Origin: an uncultured bacterium
GTDB taxonomy: Bacteria; Zixibacteria; MSB-5A5; CAIYYT01
Assembly: GCA_963726455.1 (NCBI GenBank)
Contig: CAVSCK010000003.1
Location: 224,001 to 288,000 of the forward strand
DNA length: 64,000 bases
Direction: 5' to 3'
In this document: one piece after another, positions 30,201-40,299 of the stretch
How the letters are laid out: every line of letters starts with the position of its first letter
Position numbering within the stretch: the stretch's first letter is position 1
Position numbers and translations under genes: made by a program
The notes under the pieces: model-generated
What the model was told of the DNA's origin: nothing
Database searches by the model: none
Seen by the model: the letters and a program-made list of their open reading frames with translations, nothing else

Positions 30201-33200
30201 GTTGTTGCTCCATCCCGAGTCTATGGTCGTGCGGTATTCATAGTAATTGGCGGCGTCTGCTCCGAAACGGAAAAAGAACTGAACACTGTCACGAATCGAG
30301 TCCCCGTGTACCCACATCGCCAGTTTCCGATAACTTGTCAGATCCTGAACTTTGAATGGAATCTTCTCCGCATATACCGTGTCTCCGGGAAGCAATTCCT
30401 TGTATTTCAGACTCAACGACTGCTCTTTTTCACGCAATCCCGTCGTCTGATCGTAAAAGCCGGCAACTCCCGGCGGGGAATAGTAGTCGCGATTCTGCTC
30501 GGTGTTTACGATTTCGGCTTTCAGGCCGGCGGAATCACTGCGAACGGCTGTGGTCGGAAGCGCTGGCTGAACTTCCCAGGTATTGCGGCTTAACTGAATG
30601 TCGGCGATCTGCAGTGTATCTATGTCGGTCTTGACGCCGCCCACCCAGAGGCGTACCGTCGTGATATTGCTACGACTTGGCGTGCCCACGACTTGCTTGA
30701 CGTACGCATCCGTGAAGGGGATTCGCACTGTGTACCACTCGCCGCGCTGCGAATTGGGCACGATATTCTCGCCTTTTTCCAGATCGACTGAATACGAATA
30801 GTAGTTATTCTTCGTCACCAGGACTCCGTCACCAAACAGATCCTCGCTGTCGGGACGTCCGTTTATCCCCGGATCGTTTCTGTTCCCCTCCAACCCGTTG
30901 ATGTGCTCGTAGTCGTAAGGATTGTCATACGACCAGTCATCTCCGTGCGGATCGGCATCGGTGCAATTGCACTCCTGCTGTTCGGCCTCATCGTTCATCC
31001 CGTCCAAGCCGACATCCCGTTCCGGCTTTAGAATGCCCGATGCATCGTTTTCGTTATCGAGTTTGCCGTTATTGTTGATATCCTCGCTGATTTCGCCGAA
31101 ATCAAGGTGCAGCACTCCTGTCGTGCCCTTCATTCGCAATTCGATGAACTGAGACTTGCTCTGATCATAGGCGCCGCGTCCGAATGCCTTCATCACACCA
31201 CCCCAGGCGCGTTCACGGGTGCTGTCACCGGTGACAAGCAATGAATCCGGCGGCCTGCCCACGCGCAGATCAGTTACATCCGGCGTAAACTTGAATGTGA
31301 GGACCTGCTGTCTGTCTTCACCCGCCTTGACTTGCCGATCATATATATCCGTGACCCTGACCTGATCGTACGGATTGTACCAGACCAGCCGGCCCCTGCG
31401 ATTGATGCCGGGTTGCGTGGTCGCCGGCGCCGACGCATAATGCCAGCCCTCCCTTAGAACGCCCAGCGAGAACTGCTCTTGCGCACCTTCGAAATCGTCG
31501 AGATATGCCTCGCCGGCGGTGTTGGCGTTTGGTATCGACTGTGCTACTTCTCCGTCAAACGATATCCGGGACGGCACATTGGTCTCGATGAATGGTAACG
31601 CGTCGACGGCTTTGGTCAGCAATTTGCTGTCGAGCGAGTAGGACATGTCGGCGTCAAGGTTCAGGGCCGTGGTCTGTTCTTCGCCCAGACGCGGCTTCCG
31701 ATCGGTCGTCTTTTCCGACTTGTAAAGTACCGTCGAGCCAACCTTGAAATTGTTGGATATTTGATACTCGCCTCGCGCCCCCAGCAGTGTCTTCTTCTCC
31801 GCCGCAATTAACGGCGCATATTCATAGTCAACCTTGACATCGGCGCCCGGATTCAGTGCATCCTGGTTCAGGAACGTGATTCTTCCCAGATCGTTGTACA
31901 TCCGGTAATCCACGTCTCGCTTCAGCGGCTTGCCGTTGAGTGTCACTGTCTCAGACTCATTAACGATGTCCGTGTGCCCCAGATAAAATTCGCTTTGCCT
32001 CGTGGATGACTTTACCAGCAGATAGTATTTGGTCGCCTGCGTACGAGCTTGCGGAATATTAGTCTTATACAGCGTGTCTACTCGCACCTTGAGAACCGGA
32101 TCCGCAAAGGGTGTTCGGCTCTTGGGAAATATCAGGTGCCCTCTGGCGGGATCTATGATCTGCGGATTGCGCGTGTCGATTTGATTATCAGCGTTGTCGT
32201 CCAGTCCCAACAGATTTATAAAGTACTTTCCGTCCTGGCTGTCAAGTTCTGACGGGTCACGGTCTTCCACGTTCGTCGCGTCACCTTTGTAAATCTTCAC
32301 TTCCAGATTATCGAGGTCGTCAATCTTGCCCCCGAGACTGTAAACATTGCGCCACACTAGTTGCCAGGTCTGGTAATTCGGTTGCGGATTCGAATGAGCT
32401 ATCAGTTTCATTACTAAAGTGTCATTGTCCGGTTTGGCGCCGATCGAGCGGTCGGAGTTTTCGCCGGCCCGCCGGAAAGTGATATAGGCGCCGATCGTCA
32501 GATCGCTCGTGACCGGCCGATCCATCACGACATAATGTTCCTTCGGATTGTACACGAAGTTGCCGCCGCCCTGATATGGCGGATCGTGCATGTAGGGCAG
32601 AAAATTGCCGACGACATTTTCGTTCGTGAATTCTGATTTTCTAAATGGGTCGACGTAGAGACTGCACTGTTTGGCGTCCGTGTATCCCGGTATGTTCGCG
32701 GTTGCGTTGACGGAGAAGTACAGTTCCAGATTCGTGATACTGTCACCCGGTTGCAGATCTCCTTCCGAAACCGAGTCACGCCGCGTCAGATCGAAATAAG
32801 TCATGTCCAAAAACTGGTAATCCCTGATGACGTGCGTCTGTGATTCCGATCCCGCCTTGAAACTCGCTCCCTGATTGGAGGATTTCTCCTGCGATGCAAT
32901 CGCGGTCAGTTTCAGCCCGCCCAGTTCGGCGGTTGTCTTGACTCCGAACAGTCCTTGAATCGAACGCGAGTATCCCGTGAATCGCGTTCCCGGCAGCGAC
33001 AGATTCGTGTTGCCCAGTTCCACCGTCTTCACCACGTCGTCTTCATCCCCCTTGTACCGCAATTGAATCTTATTGGCCAACGACTGCTGGCGCTTGGAAT
33101 CCTGGTTGACGTCAACGAAAATCTTCGAGCCGATGTTGCCGCTTATCGTGAAACTCGACTGCTGCTCCATATTCAAAGACGGAAACTTGCTCTGCTTTTG

Positions 33201-33791
33201 ATTCGGGAGGGATACCCCTTCCTGCCACTGGCTCCTTCCGGAAAACGATATCGTTCGGTAACCGTTGACCTTCAGCCCCGCGCCACCCTCACCCATGATG
33301 GATTTTGCGATCGCCGGCACCTTGAACGGTATCTCAAACTGAATCAGACTGCCGCCCGAGTCCTGCTTCGTCTTCTTCGCGAGATTCTGATATCCTTCCT
33401 TCCACAACCGGCGTGATTGACTGTCAAGTAACCACTGCCGGTAATTGATCGGATCGGCGGCAGCCGGCAACCCAACATTCTGGAATCTGCCGTATCCCTG
33501 ATTGAAGATGAGCAGACGACTATTGGCGTCATACTGGAACGTCAGTCTCCGCTGAATTGCGTCAGACTTTAGCAGCGGTATCGAATCCAGTGAACGTGAC
33601 AGGCCGATATCAGGTTTTTCAGGACTAATGTAAGCGACAACAGTCTGCGGCATTTGCAGCTTCATACGAATGCCCGCAGAATAGGAGGTCGAGGCAATCA
33701 CAAGTACCAGAGCTGCGCAGTATAGCAACAACCGCACTCCGGCCCCGCGGCCTCGTGATGAGGAAGTATGATTAGAAAACGCTAAGGTCAT
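27258..33791 (-). CDS. sprA: Type IX secretion system translocon SprA homologue
   Basis: 2177 aa; signal region, LRYKGDEDDVVKTVELGN, GLFGVK, WQLVWRNVY, AYLDDFEG, RGRLVWYN, LHLDFGEISED, EQSLSL, LWLDEMR and terminal barrel strand FSVEIRF. Confidence 0.9.
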   Translation of the reverse strand: MTLAFSNHTSSSRGRGAGVRLLLYCAALVLVIASTSYSAGIRMKLQMPQTVVAYISPEKPDIGLSRSLDSIPLLKSDAIQRRLTFQYDANSRLLIFNQGYGRFQNVGLPAAADPINYRQWLLDSQSRRLWKEGYQNLAKKTKQDSGGSLIQFEIPFKVPAIAKSIMGEGGAGLKVNGYRTISFSGRSQWQEGVSLPNQKQSKFPSLNMEQQSSFTISGNIGSKIFVDVNQDSKRQQSLANKIQLRYKGDEDDVVKTVELGNTNLSLPGTRFTGYSRSIQGLFGVKTTAELGGLKLTAIASQEKSSNQGASFKAGSESQTHVIRDYQFLDMTYFDLTRRDSVSEGDLQPGDSITNLELYFSVNATANIPGYTDAKQCSLYVDPFRKSEFTNENVVGNFLPYMHDPPYQGGGNFVYNPKEHYVVMDRPVTSDLTIGAYITFRRAGENSDRSIGAKPDNDTLVMKLIAHSNPQPNYQTWQLVWRNVYSLGGKIDDLDNLEVKIYKGDATNVEDRDPSELDSQDGKYFINLLGLDDNADNQIDTRNPQIIDPARGHLIFPKSRTPFADPVLKVRVDTLYKTNIPQARTQATKYYLLVKSSTRQSEFYLGHTDIVNESETVTLNGKPLKRDVDYRMYNDLGRITFLNQDALNPGADVKVDYEYAPLIAAEKKTLLGARGEYQISNNFKVGSTVLYKSEKTTDRKPRLGEEQTTALNLDADMSYSLDSKLLTKAVDALPFIETNVPSRISFDGEVAQSIPNANTAGEAYLDDFEGAQEQFSLGVLREGWHYASAPATTQPGINRRGRLVWYNPYDQVRVTDIYDRQVKAGEDRQQVLTFKFTPDVTDLRVGRPPDSLLVTGDSTRERAWGGVMKAFGRGAYDQSKSQFIELRMKGTTGVLHLDFGEISEDINNNGKLDNENDASGILKPERDVGLDGMNDEAEQQECNCTDADPHGDDWSYDNPYDYEHINGLEGNRNDPGINGRPDSEDLFGDGVLVTKNNYYSYSVDLEKGENIVPNSQRGEWYTVRIPFTDAYVKQVVGTPSRSNITTVRLWVGGVKTDIDTLQIADIQLSRNTWEVQPALPTTAVRSDSAGLKAEIVNTEQNRDYYSPPGVAGFYDQTTGLREKEQSLSLKYKELLPGDTVYAEKIPFKVQDLTSYRKLAMWVHGDSIRDSVQFFFRFGADAANYYEYRTTIDSGWSNNNAVNITFDEITQLKLAPKDTSTDSTHVIQPAHPKYRLVGAPTLTRIKYYAMGVVNLSSAQSQKLETGELWLDEMRTTDIRNDKGLAAAGGTTWTFGDVASFRADYLKQDAFFRNLTQSDRRDLGSGSANTAYGYSVDFKLDKLLPATERANIPISYAWRRSESSPRLITGSDIAVPANRVQTEKSINTSTRFQIGESWNKQTRNIVYGALLNRLTTSFSYDKSLGSSPTTPYSASERYTLKGRYAVTSPLKRGLKIFSWLQGMPLIPKRVLGTEFNPVPVRLTLDGTVNRSLDNTINSFNTATQRYLRTFQGRFETALTPLTGLDASYSFSTDRDLNDPQLLKFSFDPRQAKLGTERQYNQGFSTNYSPQVLPFITGTKFGYSVTHSENFIQTSTVLSEIGTRRIDNSRAFNASATFDIHKLLGTNPPKPKKSVTPSQSTRKGKIEGAPKDTTGRKEPGKGEKPKQLPDSLLQQPVFKDTTKAPSIDTTRRGGGTEAPKQPAPDSTGDTTSTKGGKRSSLNMPVNLGQTFALVVTDPPADTNRTPPPSTPPPQPTSPPKEEKKTSDTSHVATPPPASDSSAIKPDTSHINPDSTHSKQDTTVVKPDTSRIKSDTTGVKGEGKKGSAQETILGKGRGGRADSTGFVPGAERSGQKKSTPKGTPFYSFGLKFIRFFTDRVDPIAGSFRFEQRQSMNGFLARPSFLYRLGLSNDPGADRIATGGGINQIDQTSLGRGYTLRSGVQLIMGIKVGTSYSFSTSDVTGKATTDNTTTFPDLSFSFGKLDYLIFPKWISRTFTVDSKYSRKVSESVVKQTGLKRSRVTGVDYSPLVSVRIDWKFAQGLQSSVNYTRSMSIREDYTDSGAVNGRVRDYSTTLGFKTSYSFRGGSKLWLPLFGSMKIQSALSFDLDVSKRLNRTRDERPSGPLGVTAERTDFSVQPRITYNFSTNIKGSMSARWQDSNDIKVAKKSHLRELAFSVEIRF

Positions 33792-33822
33792 GCATTAAAT
33801 AAGATTCCGATAATTTCCTCCT

Positions 33823-34759
33823 TCAGTTGAAGTCTCCCAGCAATATAACCTCCTCGGTAAGATCTACACCGTATGCTTGCTTGACCTTCTCCTTTAATCT
33901 TATCGACAATTCTCGCACTTCAGACGCGGTCGCACCACCTTTGTTGATTAAAATGTTGGCGTGCCCCGGATAAACACCCGCGTGCCCGACTTCCATTTGC
34001 TTGGCGCCCATCTGCTCCAGAAGCTGCCCGGCAGCAATTTTCCCGAATGGCGCCTGTGCCGACTCGATATTCTTAAAGAAACACCCGGCCGAAATGTTTT
34101 CCTTCGGATTCTTCTGCCAGCGCTCCGCCAATATCTGCTCCATCTTCTCCGTAAGCGCTTTTGCATCACCGTGTTGCAGCCGAATTCTTGCCGAAATCAC
34201 GATGTTCTCCGACCACTTAAGATCACTATGGCGGTATCTGAATCCAAGATTTTCAGGGTCTCCGTGTAAAATCCCTTAACCGGATGATAGAGATAGACAT
34301 CGACCAGATAGTCAGATAGTGTAACTCCGTAAGCGCCTGCATTGCCGACTATGGCTCCACCTACTGTGCCGGCGATGCCCGCCAGCGATTCGAGACCCTG
34401 CAATCCTCGCAACCGTCTCTTCCACAAGCTGGCTGCAATGAGTAACCGGCGCCGACGTTGATCAGCATATCATCGATCTGCAGCGTCTCGATCTGCGGAA
34501 CTATTATCATGCCGCGATAACCCTTGTCCGACGCCAGAATATTCGAACCACCACCGATGACGAAATAGTCCAGCCGCTCTTTCTTGCAGAATTCCACGGC
34601 CGCTACAATCTCGTCTGCTGTCTGGCAGAACGCCACCCAGTCAGCCGGACCGCCAATACCAAAGGTGGTCAGTTTGCTGATCGGATAATTCTGTTCAAGT
34701 CGAAAACGAGTAGTAATCTGCGTAGTAGTCACACTGGTCCTGTCGGGAGTTATTGCCAC
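33823..34759 (-). CDS. murB: UDP-N-acetylenolpyruvoylglucosamine reductase (several frameshifts)
   Basis: TTFGIGGPAD and IGGGSNIL; GLESLAGIAGTVGGAIVGNAGAYG; SAGCFFKN, HANILIN and LTEEV, spread over three fragments. Confidence 0.92.
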
Positions 34760-34808
34760 TAAACGGTTCTCTCCACCAATGGGAATATACCATATCCCCG
34801 CAATTAAA

Positions 34809-35144
34809 TCAAGTCTTGTCTTGAGCAGTGTCCGAAGTAGTTGTACCGCTTGAAGTAGGATCGGTTCCGGTTTTTTGATCCTTGCCGGCTTCGTCGACAT
34901 AATTCATCTGCAGTTCATACAGCAGACGCGCCAGCAGTTTGCTTTCGTTCTCGGCCAGATTGCCGGCGGTTTTGCGCTTGATCATCTCCATCATCTCGAT
35001 TGTCGCCTGGGCCTGCTCCAGATCACGCTCAACCTGGCCGGTGAGCGGATTCATAATCTTGCCCAGCTGCTGCATTCCGGCAGCATGCAAGCTGAAGAGC
35101 AACGCCGAAAACAGTGCCTGATCAGTATGCTGTTGTTCCGCCAT
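34809..35144 (-). CDS. DUF1844-like protein
   Basis: AGMQQLGKIMNP...DLEQAQATIEMM...KTAGNL...LYELQMNYV. Confidence 0.8.
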   Translation of the reverse strand: MAEQQHTDQALFSALLFSLHAAGMQQLGKIMNPLTGQVERDLEQAQATIEMMEMIKRKTAGNLAENESKLLARLLYELQMNYVDEAGKDQKTGTDPTSSGTTTSDTAQDKT

Positions 35145-35348
35145 CAATGATTCTCTTCCATTTCCAGCGCGATCTTTACTGAATGCTCAAAATCAATCAA
35201 CTCGGCGTCAATTTTCTTCAATTGCCGCTGAAATTCATAGTCCTGCGCCAGATCAATCCACTGCTCCAGTCGCTTCGATATATCACTGCGCCTCATCGAG
35301 CATCTTCCGTAGCTCGTCCTTGATCAGCGCATCTCTATGAGACCCCAC
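35144..35348 (-). CDS. Small helical hypothetical protein (about 68 aa with one frameshift, or 50 aa from ATG 35296)
   Basis: Hand translation: GTG 35348 GSHRDALIKDELRKMLDE / RSDISKRLEQWIDLAQDYEFQRQLKKIDAELIDFEHSVKIALEMEENH*. It fills the recG-DUF1844 gap with a TGATG overlap. Confidence 0.6.
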
Positions 35349-37436
35349 TTGACCGCTCCAGTTGACGTTGTGTCTTGATAAACTGATTCAACCTGGCCTT
35401 CTCCTCAGCCGAGGTCAGTTGCTTATCCACAAGCAACTTATGTGCCCATTCGCGCGCCGTCAAGATTAAACTTAGGTCACTCACCAGATTGGCGACCTTG
35501 AATTCCGGCATGCCGCTCTGCCTGATCCCCAGCAGATCGCCCGGTCCGCGCAGTTCCAAATCAAGCTCTGCAATCGCAAATCCATCGCCGCTCTCTACAA
35601 AGCGCTGCAACCTCTGGAAGCTCTCGGTCAATTCGTCCATCTCGGTCATCAGAATGCAATACGATTTCTTGTCCGACCGCCCGACTCTCCCGCGCAACTG
35701 ATGCAACTGACTTAGACCAAATCGCTCGGCATGTTCGATCAGAATCACGGTTGCATCCGGAATATCTATTCCTACTTCAACCACCGTCGTCGCCACCATG
35801 ATTCCGATTTGCCGCTGCGAAAACCGCGACATCATTTCATCACGTTCATCTTTTTTCATCTGACCATGCACCATTCCAATCGACAAATCGGGAAATACTT
35901 CTTCCTTGAGTTCCTTGTATGCCTTGGTCGCCGCGCGCAACTGCACCTTCAGCGATTCCTCCACCAGCGGATAGATGACAAACACCTGATTGCCGCGCGT
36001 TACTTCGTCGCGAATGAATTTGTAAATCTTGGGTCGCTCCGCCTCGGTGCGCAGCGCCGTCCGTACCGGCAACCGCCCGACCGGCATCTGGTCGATGATC
36101 GACAGATCCAGATCGCCGTACGCCGTCAGCGCCAGCGTGCGCGGAATCGGTGTCGCCGTCATCACCAGCAAATCAGGCAGCTCCCCTTTCTCCAGCAATG
36201 CTTCACGCTGCGCCACACCGAACCGATGCTGCTCGTCCACGATCACGTAGGCCAGATTGTGATACTCGACATCTTCCGAAATCAGCGCATGTGTGCCGAT
36301 TAGGATGTCGATTTCGCCGCTCGCCAGATCAGCTGAGCAATTGTTGCCTCGCCGGCGCCGGAGTCGAACCTGTGAGCAATTCCACTCGAATGTCAGACAT
36401 TGGCGAGAATCCTCGAAATCGTCTGATAATGTTGCTGCGCCAGAATCTCCGTCGGCGCCATCAGTGCTGACTGATATCCCACGTGTGCCACCAACGCCAT
36501 CGTCAATGCCGCCACCACCGTCTTGCCCGATCCGACATCACCTTGCAACAATCTCTGCATCGCAAACGGCTTGAGCAAGTCTTCGCTGATTTCTGCGATC
36601 GAGCGATTCTGCGCGGCCGTCAGTTTGAATGGCAACGAGTCCGTCAGTTGACGCTGCCGTTGATCCGGGGGTTGAATCTCTTGCGGCTTGTGATGGTGCG
36701 CCATCCGCTGTCGACGATCGACAACCTGTATCTGAAACAGAATCAGTTCCCGCAGCGCCAGAGTCTGGCGCGCCATATCGCGAATCTCAAAGTTGTCCGG
36801 ATAGTGCATCTGGCTGACCGCCGTCGGCAAATCCATCAAGTTCAATTCAGCAACGACTTGCTTCGGCACCAAATCTTCGAGATGACCCGCATACTGATCC
36901 AGCGCCGGTTTGATGATTTTGCGAAACCCGCGCGAATCGAGATAGATCCGCTTGAGTGCTTCAGTCGACGGATACAGCGGGATGATTCTGCCGGTGTGAA
37001 GCTTCTCTTCTTCTTCAGTGTCGAAAATGATCTCGACTTCCGGGTGCGCCATCTGCAGACCGCGAAAATCGGTCACCTTCCCCGACACCGACAGCGTCAT
37101 CCCCTTCTTGAATCTTCCCGCAAAATACTTCAGTCCCTCAAACCAGACCAGCGGCACATTCCCGGTGCCATCGGTGATCAAGACTTCATAGTATGCCCGG
37201 CTCCGCGTGCGCAACAGTCCCTGCGTCAGCACTCTGCCGACGACCGTGACTTCCGCCCCTAGCGCCAGTTCTGCGATTGGTGTCAGCTTCGACCTGTCAA
37301 GATACCGCCGCGGAAAATAATAGAGCATATCCGCAACCGTCTCGATGCCGATAGTCTTTAGCGCCTCCGCCTTTTTCGGCCCGACACCCTTCAGATACGT
37401 AACTTCAATTTCCGCCGGATTATTCGTCACAGCCAT
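35335..37436 (-). CDS. recG: ATP-dependent DNA helicase RecG (frameshifts near 36330-36400)
   Basis: LKGVGPK, RLLQGDVGSGKT, MAPTEILAQQH, DEQHRFG, MTATPIPR, LHQLRGRVGR and RQSG. Confidence 0.96.
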
Positions 37437-37442
37437 GTCGGC

Positions 37443-37471
37443 AATGTGATAGATGTTTGGCTGAATGTCAA
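37443..37471 (-). promoter_or_regulatory. Sigma-70-type promoter of recG, positioned for a leaderless transcript
   Basis: TTGACA-17-CACATT-6-ATG with no SD. Confidence 0.55.
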
Positions 37472-37494
37472 TCGCAGTAGTTGGCGAGTAAGTT

Positions 37495-37690
37495 GCATGT
37501 CAAAACCGCTTCGGTTTTGACGCTGCTCGGGGTTGTGTCATTCCCACGCAAGACGTAGCTCGGGGTCGTGTCACTCCCACGCAAGACGTAGCTCGGGGTG
37601 GTGTCATTCCCACGCAAGTGGGAATCCAGGCTTGTTCGCTCTGACAAATTCGAGCAGTGGTAAGTCAAGACCGAAGCGATTTTGACCTAC
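37495..37690. repeat. Composite REP-like element: inverted palindrome pair enclosing about 2.8 tandem 33-bp units
   Basis: gtcaaaaccg-ctt-cggttttgac (37499-37521) and an inverted GTAG-led copy (37664-37690). Units gctcggggtNgtgtcaYtcccacgcaagacgta at 37525, 37558 and 37591; the last completes attcccac-gcaa-gtgggaat. Confidence 0.85.
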
Positions 37691-37723
37691 AGAACTAGAG
37701 GGAAATTCATCCTACCTCTTCCC

Positions 37724-38233
37724 TCACCTGATAACTTCAAACCTCGCTGGATCAATCTTCGTCTTGAGGAATTTGATCACACAATCCTTCTTTCTTCTGC
37801 TCAAGCAATCGGCGAGAGTGAACATGAATTCTCCATCTGAGTCGTAAAACGATATCTCATATCCGCCAAGGAACTGTAGCGAGTTCCTTGCAATTCTCAC
37901 CCGCTTCACATCTTCGTACCTGGCAAAAAGCCACTTCTTTCGTTTGCCATCGATTCGTCGGTAGCAATGGAGTACCTCATCGTCGAAGAAGACCAACCTA
38001 CTAAACTGTGCAGCATCGTTGCCAAACAGAAACAGGAGAAACACAAACGATGTGCCGATTAGGAACCATATTTCCTTTGAGTCCGTGTGGTAGAACAGAA
38101 GTATCTTGCACGCCAGCCAGACGAGCCACCCGAAACCCAAGAGCGGTAATAGAAGAACGATCCGCCTCCAAAGTGACAGCTCCCATACGATAAGGCGTAT
38201 CCCCTTCCTGTAATACTCACTACTCACATTCAC
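37724..38233 (-). CDS. Hypothetical membrane protein (2 TM plus soluble domain)
   Basis: 169-aa ORF with two hydrophobic segments; appears more AT-rich than its neighbours. Confidence 0.65.
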   Translation of the reverse strand: MNVSSEYYRKGIRLIVWELSLWRRIVLLLPLLGFGWLVWLACKILLFYHTDSKEIWFLIGTSFVFLLFLFGNDAAQFSRLVFFDDEVLHCYRRIDGKRKKWLFARYEDVKRVRIARNSLQFLGGYEISFYDSDGEFMFTLADCLSRRKKDCVIKFLKTKIDPARFEVIR

Positions 38234-38277
38234 CGACTGCCCCTACGCCCGCCACTATGTTAGGCACTCCGCCCCCC

Positions 38278-39705
38278 TCACTTCCTCCCTCTCTCCAACC
38301 TATCCCGTTCCGCATTTTCGACCGTTTGCACTTCGCTCAGTCTGCTTTGCCACAAATTCGTATCTCTCGCCGCGCCGGACTCAAGATAATGCTGGATATA
38401 CAACCGCGCCGTGATACAGTCCGCCAATCGGTTCCTTCGCGACCGCATAGCCTCACGATAGGCATTCTCCGCCTGCCATTGTTCCGGCGCCATCACTTGC
38501 AGCGAATCATACCAGTCGGTCAAACTTCCGCGTTCGGCATCGTACTGTGACGTGGTCCTGGCATACTTGCCCGTATCCCATGCCTGAAACACCACCGGCA
38601 CATACTTCCCCGAATCCAGCATCGCCTGCACACGCAGTTCGTATTCCGCCGGATCAAACGTCTCCGCGAATTTGCGCTTCTGAATCTCTAACTTTGGCAG
38701 TCCCGTCTCCACACTGTCAATCGCCAAAGGAATCGACGGCCCAACATTCATCCTGGCCGCCGCCGGCGGCGCCGTTATGGCCTGATATTGCCTTGCAGCC
38801 GCGTCCGCATTCTTCTTGAGATCGTCAAATGAATAGGGCACTGCGCGCTCGGCCGGCTTCTCAGCTTCCTTCAGCGCTCCCTTTGAGGAATCATTCACTG
38901 GTATCTTCGCAGATCTGGAATACTGCGAGAGACCCGATGACAGTGCTTTCGGTTCGCTGGTCGGTTTCCCCGCGCCTGCCGGCGCCACAATTGTCGCCGC
39001 CGTCTCACTTCGGTTCGGCTCCGCAGACAGCAGCCGTCTTATTGTATCCGCCGGCTGTACCACACTCGGTTGCGCCTGCTGCGGAATTGCCATCGTCGGC
39101 CTGGCTTCCCGGTGCTCCGGAAACACCGGCGGTTCTTTGTACTCAGAATCCGGCACCGGCTCTGGAATTCGTTCTCCCTGTACCGTCTTCCCGCGCGTCG
39201 TATCCGGCAGCTCCTTCACGATCTGATACCGGTCTGCTCCCTCTGGCAACGGTTTCCGCTGGATCGCCGGCTGCATCTCGCCCGATGTCTGCTTCTTTCT
39301 TTCCTCCGGCGGATTTACGATGATCGTCTTCGGAACCGTGTACCTTTCCGACGCCGGTTTGAAAACCTGGTTGACCACCACCACAATCAGGAATACCGCC
39401 GCCACCGAACTCAGAATCGCAATCACCTTCGATTTCGGCATGATCGGCTGCAACAGCGCAAACCCTCGCTTGGGTCGTTCCTCGCGCGCCAGCCGCGAAT
39501 CAATCCGTTCCGCCAGACTATCGAAATACCCCTCGGCCGGCATCTGTGACGGCGCCTGCCTGGCTAAATCATGCAGCTTCCGCAACCGCTCGAGTGACTC
39601 CCTCAAATCCGGATTACGCTGTAGTTCCTTCTCGAACTCCGCCCGCTCAGAGGCCGAAAGTTTGTCATCGAGATACGCCGACAATCTATCGTCAAATTCT
39701 GGCAT
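38278..39705 (-). CDS. Anti-sigma factor (membrane-anchored, long Pro-rich periplasmic part)
   Basis: RLSAYLDDKLSASERAEFE anti-sigma domain without Zn-binding Cys, one TM, directly downstream of the ECF sigma. Confidence 0.8.
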   Translation of the reverse strand: MPEFDDRLSAYLDDKLSASERAEFEKELQRNPDLRESLERLRKLHDLARQAPSQMPAEGYFDSLAERIDSRLAREERPKRGFALLQPIMPKSKVIAILSSVAAVFLIVVVVNQVFKPASERYTVPKTIIVNPPEERKKQTSGEMQPAIQRKPLPEGADRYQIVKELPDTTRGKTVQGERIPEPVPDSEYKEPPVFPEHREARPTMAIPQQAQPSVVQPADTIRRLLSAEPNRSETAATIVAPAGAGKPTSEPKALSSGLSQYSRSAKIPVNDSSKGALKEAEKPAERAVPYSFDDLKKNADAAARQYQAITAPPAAARMNVGPSIPLAIDSVETGLPKLEIQKRKFAETFDPAEYELRVQAMLDSGKYVPVVFQAWDTGKYARTTSQYDAERGSLTDWYDSLQVMAPEQWQAENAYREAMRSRRNRLADCITARLYIQHYLESGAARDTNLWQSRLSEVQTVENAERDRLERGRK

Positions 39706-39711
39706 ACTAAC

Positions 39712-40278
39712 TTATGGCTCCAGCAAATCCTTCAATGCTTCCATCAATTGTTTACGTGCGCGATGCAGCCGCGACATCACTGTGCCCTCATTAATTTTGA
39801 GCGTCGCCGCAATATCGGCATAACTCATATCTTGCTGCATCCGCAAAACAAATACAATCCGGTACTCCGCCGGCAGTTGCGCCAGCGCTTGCTGGTACCG
39901 TTTATCAATCTCCTGTTGCGACAACGTTTGTTGCGGGTCGGGATCGACGGTCGCCATCTGCTCGAACACCGCTTCACTCTCCTCACTGTCAAGCTGGAAT
40001 TTCCGGCGCTGCAGGAAGTTGTAGGCGTTATTCGCGGCAATCCGCGCAATCCAGCCGCCGAATGCATACCTCTCGTCAAACGAGTCTATCGCCTGAAATG
40101 CCTTTATAAACGCCTCCTGAGTCAAATCATCAGCCACATCATGCGAACCACCAAGCCGAAAACATAGTGCGTAGACCTTGCGTTGGTGGCGCTTGACCAG
40201 CACGCCAAACGCCTTCCGGTCGCCCCGCTTGGCACGCCGTATCAACTCCTCGTCGGGAGTCTCGTCCGCGCCCACCAT
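39712..40278 (-). CDS. ECF sigma-70 family sigma factor
   Basis: DLTQEAFIKAF, FGGWIARIAAN and SYADIAATLKINEGTVMSRLHRAR. Confidence 0.93.
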   Translation of the reverse strand: MVGADETPDEELIRRAKRGDRKAFGVLVKRHQRKVYALCFRLGGSHDVADDLTQEAFIKAFQAIDSFDERYAFGGWIARIAANNAYNFLQRRKFQLDSEESEAVFEQMATVDPDPQQTLSQQEIDKRYQQALAQLPAEYRIVFVLRMQQDMSYADIAATLKINEGTVMSRLHRARKQLMEALKDLLEP

Positions 40279-40299
40279 CCATACAAAGAAAAACAAGCT

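Noticed and set aside
37525-37627. 33-bp repeats as a mini CRISPR array
   Set aside because: Units are directly tandem with no unique spacers, and there are no cas genes.
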